This document shows positions 19,984-30,204 of a stretch of DNA of 64,000 nt, one piece after another. The notes beneath the pieces are model-generated. The model worked only from the letters and a program-made list of their open reading frames with translations, did not search any database and was not told the origin of the DNA. Every line of letters starts with the position of its first letter. Positions within the stretch are counted from its first letter, which is position 1. The translations under genes and the position numbers were made by a program. The DNA comes from a virus. Its lineage: Duplodnaviria > Caudoviricetes. The DNA lies in the IMG/VR virus record IMGVR_UViG_3300011116_001227. One strand, 5' to 3'.

Positions 19984-22900
19984 TCAGCCGTACTCTGGTC
20001 TGATTTTTTGTGCCGTGATGGAGGCGTTCTTGCTGTTGCTTTGGACGTCTGTGATTGTATCGTTGATTGTTCTTCTCAAGAGTGAGTCGCTGCGCTCGAC
20101 AATGACCTTCTCGACCTTGTCAGCTTCCATCACGATCTTCAGATCGAGTTGGACAACGACGTCTTTGCTCTTCACGGTATAGATTCCTGAAGTGCCAAGT
20201 CCCGCCATGCCTGCGACTTGAGTGAGGCGAGCTTGCAGATTTATCTTTGGCATCGTCGCCAACGCGTCGTCGAGCTTTTGCGTCGCTGCGACCATGTCTT
20301 CAACTGCTTTGAGCGTCTTTGCGATGTTTTGTATCTGATCTAGATTGATTGCTTCAAAGTTGGTCGCGAGAGTAGGAATCGACTCCTGAGCGAGGATTGT
20401 GCTCATCTGCTGGAATTCTTTGCTCGTCCAGAAGCTATTCAATTTCTGCATTCCCGTGAGAGTTTTTGCTGGATCGATAGACTCTGCTCTAGACAGTGAC
20501 TCTCCAATTTTTGCTGTAGCCTCTGTCAAGCTGGAGAAAAACACGAGCGATTCTTTAGAATTCTGAATTATTAATGCAATCGCTGCATTCCAGTCGGGCA
20601 AATCATCTCTCAGATCTTTCACTTCGAGATCGACAATTTCTTTCATGTCAGTCAAAAAAGTTTTAACCACAGCACCGAAAGCAGAGAATGTTTTTCCAAT
20701 AAAAGATATCGACCCGGGCAAATCTTCGTATGAAGAGAGCTTGTTGAACGTGTCGACAATCGCATCAAAGATGGTCTTTCCACCGGAACCAAAGAACGGA
20801 TTAATAAGACCGTTAAGAACGTAAGTGAGATCAGCAAGAGGCGCAAGAATATCATTGCCTTTTCCTCCTGCACCCGACTCGGGAATCTCTACAGCTGCAA
20901 TACTCTTAGACAGATCGACGATCTTTGGAAGAATTTCAATCGCTTTGGTCAAGATGTCAATGCTCTTGTCGATATTCGCAATCTTGCTCATTTTTGTTGC
21001 AACTTCGGTGATCGTATGCAGCAACAAAGGCAATTCTTCTCTTAAAGATTGCAACACTTCTCTGATCGTCGGAAAATTGACGTTGATGGTCGTCGTGACA
21101 TTGCCCATGCCGTGCGTCTCAACCTTAGCCAGCGGCTGACCACCAGGTTTAGCAATTGCGGTCGCGAGACCAAAAACTGCAGAAAGAATCTTGCCCATCG
21201 GCTCGAGCGATTTCACCTGCTCGGGCGTGAGATTGCTGACTGACGCTCCAATTGCTCTTGTGATCATGTATATGAGCGGCGGAAGGTGAGTTGTCATCAC
21301 GTCAAGCATGCTTGTCATGTGTGTTGTGACAGCTTTTATTGCTTCTTTGTCTATCTCTTTGACAACACCCTTCGCTTTGTACATGCCCCACAGGGCTTCG
21401 GCCTCAGCTGTTCTTTCGTTCATGAATTTCTGAGGATCTGGCACGAGAGCTTGCATCATAGCAGCAACAGCTGACAGCACGCTTCCAACAGCGGCGCCAG
21501 CATCTTTCATCACAGCAACGTCTGCAGATTTGAGATTCTTAAGCGAAGCTGTTATTGAATATACAAGGAAACTCGCTCCCTTCATGAGCGATTCTATTAA
21601 CTCAGCACCGGCCTGCATATTTCGAGTAGTCTTCGAGGCATCCTGTCCAAAAATATCTTCAGTCAAGCTAGTAGACTTTGACATAAAATCAGACAGTGCA
21701 TTGCCAACAGATCCCAACAATGTGCCTACTGAAGTGATTAATCCAGAGAAAGCTTTCGTAGTCTCGATCTTGTCTGGTGTCAAGACCTTCATGCCTTCAA
21801 TAAGATTCTTTATTATTCCATTAATTCCACCCTTGCCGTCTTTTCCATTTAAAAGCTCTTGGATAAAGTTGCCGAGGCTGTCCATCATCTTGACATTGTC
21901 AGCTTCAGAACTAAAAAATCCCATAAAACCGCTGATCTTCTCTAAGATGCCACCTATCTTTTCTGTAAGATTTGTAACAGCATTCATGACAGATGCAAAA
22001 GCTTCAGCTCTTTTCTTGAGCCGATCCGGATTTCCGGTCATGCTTTCAAGGTACGCCATGATTGATACAGCAGCTCCCGTCATCACCCCCACTGCGCCAA
22101 CAATAGCTCCCATGCCAACAGCGATTGCAGCGCCACCAATTCCACCCGTAGAAAGAATTGTAGCTCCGATCACTGCTGCTTCTCCAATCACGACCCCCGC
22201 AATTGCAAATGCCTGCGACATCGCCTGCATCACGGCGGCGCCGGCGAGCATAGATTCTTTACCAATTAATCTTGTGATTCCACCTATTACTGCAGCAGCG
22301 ACAATCATTGCTGCAATTACGGCGCCGACCGCGATCATTCCAATGATAAATCCGTCTTGAGCTTTTTCTATTAGCTTTCCAACAACTGCAACCTCGGCGA
22401 CGACAAAGCCGATGCCAATGAACACCGGAATTAATCCATAGAGAACAGACATCGCGGCAAAGAGATCTTTTGATGATTGACCCTTGACAATCTTGAGTGA
22501 CAAGAAGAATGCCCCGAGGCCGATTGTCATCAATCCAGCTATCGCAAGAAGAGTGATGCCGAGTGTTTTCCAGCCGACATCTTTAATTTTTTCCATAGCT
22601 GCGAGAGCAGGCATAAACATCTCGATTGATTTAGAGAGTGCGATTAGAACGATTCCCGCCTTTAAAACGTCGGCTGTATCAACGCCCTTCACGATTTCGA
22701 GAGCTTTCCCAAACATCTTTATTCCGATGTAGAAGAATGCTGCAAATCCTGTGATAAACTTGGTGAGAGAACTCCAGTCAATCTTGCTTGTAGACGCAGC
22801 TTCCATCTTCGACAGATCTTCTGTCGATGGAAGCGCTCCCGCGGCAAATCCTGCTGGTGATTTTGTCGCTTCAGCTGCTTTTGTTGCTAGACCCGTTCCC

Positions 22901-25122
22901 GCCGATTTGGAAATTTCATCAATAGAACTTTTGCTTTGTGCGCCTTTTCCAAGAAGACCGCCAAGCATTCCTCCTGCTTTTTTAAAAGAACCACCGGCCG
23001 CTGCGCCGGCGATTCCTTGAAGTAATGCCGGTCCGAGCACAACAGCGATAGCACCTGCTATAATACCCTTACCGACCTTTGTGCCAAGAAGACTTTCTTT
23101 TAATTTTTCCCAAATTGCGGTACCGAGCTTTGACAACGCAGGGCCCAATTGATCTTTAATCGTCGCAAATGCGTCCAAGAACGGCTGAAACCACTCTTTC
23201 TTTGCTCCGACGACTGGAAATTTAGGTTTGCTGATCCAGTCAGCGATTTTATTGATAGCTTCAGCAAGTTTTGGAACAATAAAATTGACTAGACCTGAGA
23301 AGATCTTTCCAAACATCTCTCCGAATTTCTTAAATCCATCAAAGATCTTTCTAGATGCGGGTTTTCCAGAGTCAAAGAAATCACCGAAAACTTTCTTGAG
23401 TTCTTCTAAGAGATCCTCAAACTTTCCTTTAAATTCCCCTGTTTTAGGATCAAAGTATTTTCCAAAAACCTTCATGACGTCGCCAGACAATTTCTGGAAT
23501 CTTGCAGGATTGAAGAGATCGCTCAGGCCTCCAAGCATCTGCTTTACGCCCGGAAATGCTTTCACGAACATCGTGCCAAGCCGCGCGCCTGTTTCGCCAG
23601 CAATTCGCATGGATTCTCTCAGGTTCATCATGACGCCCTGGAACTCTGCTGAGCCCTTCACGCCTCTAGAGAATCCTGCCATCAAGTTGCCCATGAAGCC
23701 ACCAGGACCTGCCTTGACGTCGTTGTTGAGTCGCTCAATCTGTATAGCGAGTTGTTTCATTGCGTCTGCTTGAGAGAGCTGCGCATCTTCGGCCCTCTTT
23801 GCAGCGCTTGCAACGTCGTGAAGCTTGTCGCCTTGATCTTGGTTCGCGATCATAGTGTTCATCGCTTCGTCGGTCAAGCCTGCAGTCGTCTGCAGTAATT
23901 TTCGCTCGTGGAAATTGAGCTGAGTCAAATCTTTTCCGGTAGCTGCGAAGCTCTTTCTTAACAACTCAAACTTCTCAGCTGGACTTTGAGCTGCCATCAG
24001 CTCCATCGCATCAATGTTCGTACCGAACTGCTCGTTCAGCTTAGAGGTCGACTCTGCAGCCTTGTCGAACGTGTCGAATTGATCCATCAAGCCCGTGATC
24101 TTGTCGAGAGAAATTCCCAACTTGTTCGCGTACACGACAGACGTCGCAATTTCTTTCGTCGACAAATGGCCGAAATGGGACATGTCCTTCAGCGCTTTAC
24201 CCATGTCCTTAGAGATGACTTTTGCGTCTAATCCGAACTCTTTACCAAGCCTGATAGACTGCTTCGTGACCTCATTGAGCACAGTGCCCATGTCTTTGCC
24301 CATTCGCATGCCAGCAGCAGCGACGGCAGCCATCTGGTCGCCAGTGAGTCCAAGGCCCTTCTGGTATGCGAGGAGAGCGCCGCCGTTCTTTTGAAATTCA
24401 GCGGCATTAGCAGCAAACTGAGGACCCATCTCAGAAGCGAGCTGCGTCATGTACTTGATTCTTTCAGCAGCATTTCCAAATACTCTGAACGCTGAAAGAC
24501 CCGTGTCGTTAAATCCCTTCATGCTCATCGCCGTGGATTTAACAGCAGCTGAAGTGGGTCCTAAAAATCCGAACTCTTTGCGCAAACCCTCCATCGCTTC
24601 AAAGAGCTGATTTGCCATATCTTGGCCCTCAAGAGCCATGTCAGACATTCCCTTCAGCATCCCAAAAGGAATTGCAATAATAGCTTTCGTGACGCTAAAC
24701 GCACCCTTTACAATCGATCCAAAAAAATTAAAAATACCTTTTGATATCGCAAAAAGATTTGTAAATCCTTGCTTCAATCCCTTCAACGCGCCTGTGAGAG
24801 CTCCCACAGCGGGAGCGGTTGACACAGCTGACTTTCCAAAGTCTTTCATCTTTTTTGTCAAATCAGCAGTCGACTGCGTCGTCGATCTTGTCTGCTTGTC
24901 GTGTGCTGCAGATTCGTTTGTTACTCTCTGCCAGTCAGCTGTAGAGAAACACTTGCTAGACATCTCGCAGTATTTTGCGAGTTCCTCTGACATTCCAGAA
25001 ATAGCCTGACGAAGCTGAGTAATTACATTCAGCTGATCTTGAAAAGCCTTGGTAGACTCGGTCACGTCGCGCTTTGACGGTCCTCGCTTTCCTGAGCCCG
25101 TATTATCATTCTCGTCAGCCAT
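19984..25122 (-). CDS. tail tape measure protein
   Basis: 1712 aa, Ala/Gly-rich and predominantly helical, with hydrophobic central repeats; downstream of the chaperone and tube genes. Confidence 0.8.
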   Translation of the reverse strand: MADENDNTGSGKRGPSKRDVTESTKAFQDQLNVITQLRQAISGMSEELAKYCEMSSKCFSTADWQRVTNESAAHDKQTRSTTQSTADLTKKMKDFGKSAVSTAPAVGALTGALKGLKQGFTNLFAISKGIFNFFGSIVKGAFSVTKAIIAIPFGMLKGMSDMALEGQDMANQLFEAMEGLRKEFGFLGPTSAAVKSTAMSMKGFNDTGLSAFRVFGNAAERIKYMTQLASEMGPQFAANAAEFQKNGGALLAYQKGLGLTGDQMAAVAAAGMRMGKDMGTVLNEVTKQSIRLGKEFGLDAKVISKDMGKALKDMSHFGHLSTKEIATSVVYANKLGISLDKITGLMDQFDTFDKAAESTSKLNEQFGTNIDAMELMAAQSPAEKFELLRKSFAATGKDLTQLNFHERKLLQTTAGLTDEAMNTMIANQDQGDKLHDVASAAKRAEDAQLSQADAMKQLAIQIERLNNDVKAGPGGFMGNLMAGFSRGVKGSAEFQGVMMNLRESMRIAGETGARLGTMFVKAFPGVKQMLGGLSDLFNPARFQKLSGDVMKVFGKYFDPKTGEFKGKFEDLLEELKKVFGDFFDSGKPASRKIFDGFKKFGEMFGKIFSGLVNFIVPKLAEAINKIADWISKPKFPVVGAKKEWFQPFLDAFATIKDQLGPALSKLGTAIWEKLKESLLGTKVGKGIIAGAIAVVLGPALLQGIAGAAAGGSFKKAGGMLGGLLGKGAQSKSSIDEISKSAGTGLATKAAEATKSPAGFAAGALPSTEDLSKMEAASTSKIDWSSLTKFITGFAAFFYIGIKMFGKALEIVKGVDTADVLKAGIVLIALSKSIEMFMPALAAMEKIKDVGWKTLGITLLAIAGLMTIGLGAFFLSLKIVKGQSSKDLFAAMSVLYGLIPVFIGIGFVVAEVAVVGKLIEKAQDGFIIGMIAVGAVIAAMIVAAAVIGGITRLIGKESMLAGAAVMQAMSQAFAIAGVVIGEAAVIGATILSTGGIGGAAIAVGMGAIVGAVGVMTGAAVSIMAYLESMTGNPDRLKKRAEAFASVMNAVTNLTEKIGGILEKISGFMGFFSSEADNVKMMDSLGNFIQELLNGKDGKGGINGIIKNLIEGMKVLTPDKIETTKAFSGLITSVGTLLGSVGNALSDFMSKSTSLTEDIFGQDASKTTRNMQAGAELIESLMKGASFLVYSITASLKNLKSADVAVMKDAGAAVGSVLSAVAAMMQALVPDPQKFMNERTAEAEALWGMYKAKGVVKEIDKEAIKAVTTHMTSMLDVMTTHLPPLIYMITRAIGASVSNLTPEQVKSLEPMGKILSAVFGLATAIAKPGGQPLAKVETHGMGNVTTTINVNFPTIREVLQSLREELPLLLHTITEVATKMSKIANIDKSIDILTKAIEILPKIVDLSKSIAAVEIPESGAGGKGNDILAPLADLTYVLNGLINPFFGSGGKTIFDAIVDTFNKLSSYEDLPGSISFIGKTFSAFGAVVKTFLTDMKEIVDLEVKDLRDDLPDWNAAIALIIQNSKESLVFFSSLTEATAKIGESLSRAESIDPAKTLTGMQKLNSFWTSKEFQQMSTILAQESIPTLATNFEAINLDQIQNIAKTLKAVEDMVAATQKLDDALATMPKINLQARLTQVAGMAGLGTSGIYTVKSKDVVVQLDLKIVMEADKVEKVIVERSDSLLRRTINDTITDVQSNSKNASITAQKIRPEYG

Positions 25123-25158
25123 CTAAATTCTTTCTTTACTCGCTCAGTATAGCTATTA

Positions 25159-25461
25159 TCAGAGCGGCCACTGAATACCAAATATTCTCTCAAATGTAGA
25201 GGCTGTCATCTCTTTTTCTCTAAGCTTCTTCACGACAGATTCAACAGTCGCTGAAGGATTATCAAGCTCTTCTTTAAACTTCTTTGAAGCCATCAACGCT
25301 TCAGCAATCGTACGAATCTCTTCTCTGCTTCCCTTCAACTTCGTGTTGACATACTTTCCAACTGCCCATGCTCCAATCGAAGCAATTAACAATCTGTTGG
25401 TTAAATTTGAGTGAGATCCACTCACTTTCAGACTGGATTTGAGATTTAATTCGTCAGACAC
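25159..25461 (-). CDS. hypothetical protein
   Basis: 100-aa ORF (GTG start, AAGGAG SD) directly before the tape measure gene. Confidence 0.55.
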   Translation of the reverse strand: MSDELNLKSSLKVSGSHSNLTNRLLIASIGAWAVGKYVNTKLKGSREEIRTIAEALMASKKFKEELDNPSATVESVVKKLREKEMTASTFERIFGIQWPL

Positions 25462-25529
25462 TTGTGCTCCTTCTGCAATATCACACTGTAAATAATACGA
25501 TAGAAAAAAAGCAGATCATCAAATGCAGA

Positions 25530-25811
25530 CTAAGTGAACCGCCTCAAGCGAGAAGGCGTCTGAGATCGCATCTTTCCTTGCAGTTGTCTAACGTCTGGTG
25601 TGTTTTGATGGACTGCTCGCGACTGCGTCTCTCCTGATTCGCTTGTCTTGGACAGCTCCTTACCGATTCTCTCTATGAACCAGCGTTTATACGCGACGGG
25701 CATCCGCTGAACTTCTTCCCACAGACACCCGCCGTAATACATTAAAAGAAATGCCGGCTCAAGAACGAGCTGTTCTCTATCTTCGGGCCTGAGGCCAAAG
25801 AAACGTGACAC
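25530..25811 (-). CDS. tail assembly chaperone second frame (gpT-like)
   Basis: FFGL...EPAFLLMYYGG..WEEVQRMPVAYKRWFIERI; overlaps the upstream chaperone in the +1 frame. Confidence 0.62.
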   Translation of the reverse strand: MSRFFGLRPEDREQLVLEPAFLLMYYGGCLWEEVQRMPVAYKRWFIERIGKELSKTSESGETQSRAVHQNTPDVRQLQGKMRSQTPSRLRRFT

Positions 25812-26658
25812 CGAGCGGCATACTCACCTCCTCGGAATGACCACAAGCATCGCAAGTCGTATCTTGACGCATGACGATTCCCGGCTCATTGTCCTTAATG
25901 TACTCTCTCAACGCAAGAGAATCTCTCGCTGGCATCAGCTTGATAAAATTAGAAATCTTCGATCTATCAGTAACACCATCAATAGACGCGATCGAATACA
26001 GCAAGCTCGTGGTCACATTCGACTCAGTGCCAAGTGCCATCTTCTTCTGCTTCTCGTTCATCACCATGATCTCTTCTTCGTCTCGACCAGTCATGAACTT
26101 AAAACGAACTCTCTTCTTGCTGTAAGGCAACTCATACTCGAACAAATTTGTGCCATCCTGCACAGGATCAATCTCAAGTCGCTTAATCGGAAGCGATGCT
26201 AAATCAAATGCGTGCGGGGACTTAACGCCACACTCTCCACACTCCATCTCGACATTGTACTCGGGACCATAACCCGTAATACGAATCGAAATCATCAGCG
26301 CGTTTCTGTCACCTGATAAAAGCTGAAGAGGATCAATAGATCGATCAACAAGACAAGACTTAATCAGCTCAGAAATAACAGTACCCTTCTTCAAAAGAGC
26401 ACGCGATGTCAAAATATCTTCTTCCTTCGCAGTCATAGCCTTAATCTCAACGGTCTCTAAACCAAAAAGATTCGACTCAGGATGATACACCTTTCCCATC
26501 GAAGGCAACGGAACAAGCTCTTGCGGAATATCTAAACCGAAATCAGCTTTCGCCTTCTCTGTCGCAGACTGCCTCGGCATTCGAGGATCTACGCCCGGCG
26601 GCAACGGCTGCCCCTGTGTAAAAACTGCATTTTTCTGATCACGATCTTCTGTACTCAT
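25777..26658 (-). CDS. baseplate hub assembly / tail chaperone (T4 gp26-like)
   Basis: VPLPSMGKVY, EIKAMTAKEEDILT, GDRNALMISIR..GYG, CGEC and CDAC motifs, FKFMTGRDE; start MSTEDR at 26658 has a GGAG SD. Confidence 0.75.
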   Translation of the reverse strand: MSTEDRDQKNAVFTQGQPLPPGVDPRMPRQSATEKAKADFGLDIPQELVPLPSMGKVYHPESNLFGLETVEIKAMTAKEEDILTSRALLKKGTVISELIKSCLVDRSIDPLQLLSGDRNALMISIRITGYGPEYNVEMECGECGVKSPHAFDLASLPIKRLEIDPVQDGTNLFEYELPYSKKRVRFKFMTGRDEEEIMVMNEKQKKMALGTESNVTTSLLYSIASIDGVTDRSKISNFIKLMPARDSLALREYIKDNEPGIVMRQDTTCDACGHSEEVSMPLGVTFLWPQARR

Positions 26659-26915
26659 CTGTTCTCCATTTAAATGAAATCTATTACAGATATTAAGCAC
26701 ACAAACAGCTCGTGTAAACACACAGAAGATACCCAATCAAAACAATTTATAAATTGTCATAAGAAACTTTATCGAATTATAAAACATTAATCTACAAACA
26801 AAGAAAAAAGTCTGCAGAAAGCAGCCTTTCTCCCAAGCCTTTTACAAGACTCAGTTGTCGAAGTACATCGCGGCTTCGGCGGCGTCGATTGAGGTATGGC
26901 CAGCAGCTTTGGACT

Positions 26916-27710
26916 CTAGACTTCGCTACCATGTTCTACATCGTGGCATCCATCGCACAGGACAACCCCAGAAATATTCTTCTCAATATGATAGTTGGTA
27001 ACCCACTCGGCAATTAAATGTTTTTTCTCGAAGGACTCACCTGGTTCTCCTAGCTCCTGAACAGCCTTAAACAGAATACTGGCAAACCGCTCACCGTCGT
27101 GGTGTACCTCTAACTCCTTGGGCGATCCACATTTGCTGCACTTAAACCCACTGGCTTTCAGCTTCGGGTATACCCAGACGCTGTGCAGATGAGAACGAAC
27201 GAGCGGCTGTAGGGCAGAAGTGCCGCCCCGCCATTGAGAATGAGCAGAACCAGTGAGAGGATACAGGTTACAGTCTTTCCATTGCTGAGTCATATATCTA
27301 GAACGATTTTCTTTAAATTCTTTTGTCCCATATGCCTTCTCTGCAATTTTCTCAAATTCAGGATCATTCTCTTTTGTTTTACCGCGATTCCGTGGATCTT
27401 TGCTCCAAAGCCCTTCGTCGTGGCGTTTCTTCAAGCTCTTCGATCGAGCTTCTTCATTGTGTCCCCAATTATTGTGAACGCGCGAGGCATGCCCTCTGAT
27501 GAACTTCATGTAACCCACTTGCAGAGAGTGGAAGCGGGGAATTTGACCACAGCCGCATTCACATGTGGGTTCCTGCCCATTCAAGAATAATTTCTTGTAT
27601 AAATCAATCGAGGATAATCGGTGTCGTTTTTGACAATGAATTCTGAGTGAATTTAAGCTATCAGATTGATACTCTACACACTCAGGGCAGGTAAATGATA
27701 AAAGGTCCAT
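26916..27710 (-). CDS. putative homing endonuclease: C2H2 finger + CxCGCG module + HNH domain
   Basis: CPEC...HCQKRH, CECGCG...RGH, HSQWRGG, CSKCG..ELEVHH...LCDGCHDVEH. Confidence 0.75.
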   Translation of the reverse strand: MDLLSFTCPECVEYQSDSLNSLRIHCQKRHRLSSIDLYKKLFLNGQEPTCECGCGQIPRFHSLQVGYMKFIRGHASRVHNNWGHNEEARSKSLKKRHDEGLWSKDPRNRGKTKENDPEFEKIAEKAYGTKEFKENRSRYMTQQWKDCNLYPLTGSAHSQWRGGTSALQPLVRSHLHSVWVYPKLKASGFKCSKCGSPKELEVHHDGERFASILFKAVQELGEPGESFEKKHLIAEWVTNYHIEKNISGVVLCDGCHDVEHGSEV

Positions 27711-27779
27711 GGCACATATTGTACCACAGACCTCTTGACTTGTATATTCGATGACTTTATATTTTGTCGAATGTTAATG

Positions 27780-28271
27780 TCAGAATTGTAACACGCAGTT
27801 ATCAAAACGGAGTGTCATAGTGATTTCTGTTGGACCGCCGTCTTCGTAGGTGACGTCGCCGAAGTTAGCTTCTGTGATGAAAGCGCCCTTGATGTCCCAG
27901 AGTTCGACCACAGTTCCGACTGGATCTAGAAGTTTTAGTTGGATGTCGCGCTTGTAGAAGTCTGCATAGCCGCTGCGTCCGCTGACTGACTCAAAGTGAG
28001 TTCGGACCCATTCCATGACCTGTTGTGCGCCGGAAGGTGCGATTGGGTCGTGGAGGGTGACAGCCATTGTGCCGAAGGTTGTCTTGCCCGCGAGGTAGCG
28101 GCGTGAGTTGATGAAGGGGACTTCAACTTCTTCTGTTGTGATTGTGGGTCTAGCAGTTGTCTTGATGATGTAGGCGTCGATGCCTTCAATCATGAGTACC
28201 CATCTATTCTTACGTTTTGGTTCGAATTTCGCGGGTAGCATTGATGATACGTCTAATGTTTCAGCAGCCAT
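27780..28271 (-). CDS. gp19: tail tube protein
   Basis: FEPKRKNRWVL, RPTITTEEVEVPFIN.RRYLAGK, WVRTHFESVSGR.GY, YKRDI.LKLLDPVG.VVE.W.IKGAF, LRFD; follows the sheath genes. Confidence 0.9.
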   Translation of the reverse strand: MAAETLDVSSMLPAKFEPKRKNRWVLMIEGIDAYIIKTTARPTITTEEVEVPFINSRRYLAGKTTFGTMAVTLHDPIAPSGAQQVMEWVRTHFESVSGRSGYADFYKRDIQLKLLDPVGTVVELWDIKGAFITEANFGDVTYEDGGPTEITMTLRFDNCVLQF

Positions 28272-28306
28272 TGTATTTCTCCTGTGTGATCCTCAGATAA
28301 CGATCT

Positions 28307-28313
28307 TAATTAT
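28307..28313 (-). promoter_or_regulatory. putative late promoter motif ATANTTA (ATAATTA)
   Basis: exact motif 35 nt upstream of the tube gene start. Confidence 0.5.
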
Positions 28314-28328
28314 TAGCAAAAAATATTT

Positions 28329-28357
28329 TTTACTATTAAAGATCAGTCAACTATAAT
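28329..28357 (+). promoter_or_regulatory. sigma70-type promoter for the antisense endonuclease gene
   Basis: TTTACT-17 nt-TATAAT, 22 nt before the ATG at 28380. Confidence 0.6.
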
Positions 28358-28379
28358 TCAAGCGGAATAGGAAGATTAA

Positions 28380-30035
28380 ATGGGTGCTGTTGAAGGTAAA
28401 AAATTAGAGTCGCATACATGTCCTCTGTGTGGTGAATTGACAACAAAGCGTCTTACGACATTGACGAAGCACTTCTTTGAAGTTCACAACAAAAAAGACG
28501 AAGAAGTGTGGGAGATGGAGAACGGTCCGCGGCCGACGTGCGCGTGTGGGTGTGGAGGACACACGACTTGGCGAGGATGGGGGAAAGGTTATGGGAAAGT
28601 CGTCAATGGGCACAATGCAAGCATCTACGCTGTATATAATCCTGAAGATGCTGCAAAGATATCAGCATTGCGTTCTGCGTCGTTGACAGGTAGAGAAAGT
28701 TGGTCAAAAGGTCACACAAAAGAGAGCGACGAAAGAATTGCTGCAAGAGCGGCTGCGACTTCTGCTGGAAGAAAAGAAGCGTTCAGCGAAGGTCGAATAA
28801 AGACGTGGAACAAAGGATTGACTGCTGAGTCGGATGAAAGAGTGTTGAGAGCGTCAGAAGATCTGAAGAAGAAGTTTTCTGAGGGTGAAATTGTGCCGTG
28901 GGCAAAGGGACTCAGCAAAGACACAGACGAGCGAGTGTCGAAGATGGCTGCGTCAGTCCGTATCGCTGTACAGCACAAGTCGCTTAGAGACAGGTTAGAT
29001 CAGATTAAGCGTCTTTCTATGGACGAAGTGAAGCAAAGGATCGAATCTTCGGGCGATCTGACAGTCGTAGACGGTCTTCAGAACTACATTAGCGATGCTT
29101 CGCGTGTCATCATCGTGAAGTGCAACAGGTGTGGAACACACACTCAGGGTTCTCTTAGAATGCTGGGTAAGGGAAGGTGTTTTCAGTGCGCACCAGGAGG
29201 ATCAGCAGCTCAAGAAGAAGTCGCGAGGTATGTAGAGAGTTTGGGTGTAGAAGTAAAGAGAAACGATAGAAAGACGATGGCGATGGAATTGGACATATAC
29301 GTTCCTCGCGTAGAGTTTGCTATCGAGTATAATGGGTTGTTTTGGCACAGTCACATCAACAAGCCGCCGCAGTATCACGAGAATAAATCGAGACTTGCAA
29401 AAGAGTGTGGTATTAAATTGCTTCATGTCTTTGAAGACGAGTGGCGGGACAAAAAGAACATTGTTAAATCACTCATATCGTCTCGCCTCGGAATATCGTC
29501 TCTGACCTTGGGTGCTAGAAAGTGTAAAGTAAAAATCTTGACAGCTAGCGAAAGAAAATCATTCTTTGAAGAGAATCACTTGGATGGAGATGTTGCGTCA
29601 GAGGTTGCGTGGGGTCTTGTCAGTAACGGAGAAATCGTGTATGCACTTTCTCTTCGGCGACCTTTTCACAAGAAGTACTCGTCTGGTTTGGAGATATCAC
29701 GTTGTTGTCCTCGCCTCGGACATAATGTGCAGGGAGGATTAAGCAAGTTAGTGAAAATTGCTAGAGAATACTGTAAGACGTCAGGAAAGACGTGCTTGAT
29801 GACTTATGTCGATACTCGATTGGGAGGTCAAGGAAGAGGATACGAGATCTCGGGTTTAAAGAGATCAGGGTCCACAGTTGCTCGTTGGTGGTGGACAGAC
29901 ATGGACAACAGGTTTAATCGCTTTAAATTTAAGGCTAATTCTGAAGAAGGAAAGTCAGAAGCTGAAGTCGCTAGCGAGGCGGGTGTTGTCAAGATATGGG
30001 GTTGCGAGAATGTCGTCTACACATTGGACGTGTGA
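28380..30035 (+). CDS. putative homing endonuclease (T4 Hef-like, PD-(D/E)xK) with C2H2 + CxCGCG module
   Basis: CPLC...HFFEVH, CACGCG...NGH, three W.KG...SDERI/V repeats, CxxC ribbon, ELDIYVP..FAIEYNGLFWHS...LLHVFEDEW nuclease core and Hef-like C-terminal domain; opposite strand to its neighbours. Confidence 0.8.
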   Translation: MGAVEGKKLESHTCPLCGELTTKRLTTLTKHFFEVHNKKDEEVWEMENGPRPTCACGCGGHTTWRGWGKGYGKVVNGHNASIYAVYNPEDAAKISALRSASLTGRESWSKGHTKESDERIAARAAATSAGRKEAFSEGRIKTWNKGLTAESDERVLRASEDLKKKFSEGEIVPWAKGLSKDTDERVSKMAASVRIAVQHKSLRDRLDQIKRLSMDEVKQRIESSGDLTVVDGLQNYISDASRVIIVKCNRCGTHTQGSLRMLGKGRCFQCAPGGSAAQEEVARYVESLGVEVKRNDRKTMAMELDIYVPRVEFAIEYNGLFWHSHINKPPQYHENKSRLAKECGIKLLHVFEDEWRDKKNIVKSLISSRLGISSLTLGARKCKVKILTASERKSFFEENHLDGDVASEVAWGLVSNGEIVYALSLRRPFHKKYSSGLEISRCCPRLGHNVQGGLSKLVKIAREYCKTSGKTCLMTYVDTRLGGQGRGYEISGLKRSGSTVARWWWTDMDNRFNRFKFKANSEEGKSEAEVASEAGVVKIWGCENVVYTLDV

Positions 30036-30204
30036 CAAAAATAAAAAAGGTTGAAAACTTCTTATTTCCAACCACTGCGTTCGAAAAATTTCTTTCCTAA
30101 AATAAGATTCGGAGTTCATCCATTTTGTTTAGATGAACTCCAAAAATCTCTTCTTTAATCAGGCTGTAATTACAGTTAAGAATTAATCAATTAATATTCT
30201 GTAA

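Noticed and set aside
26851-26915. GC-rich 20-codon minus-strand stretch (KAAGHTSIDAAEAAMYFDN*) after the HNH gene, a possible gene remnant
   Set aside because: Too short to assign, has no start, and matches no motif I can support.
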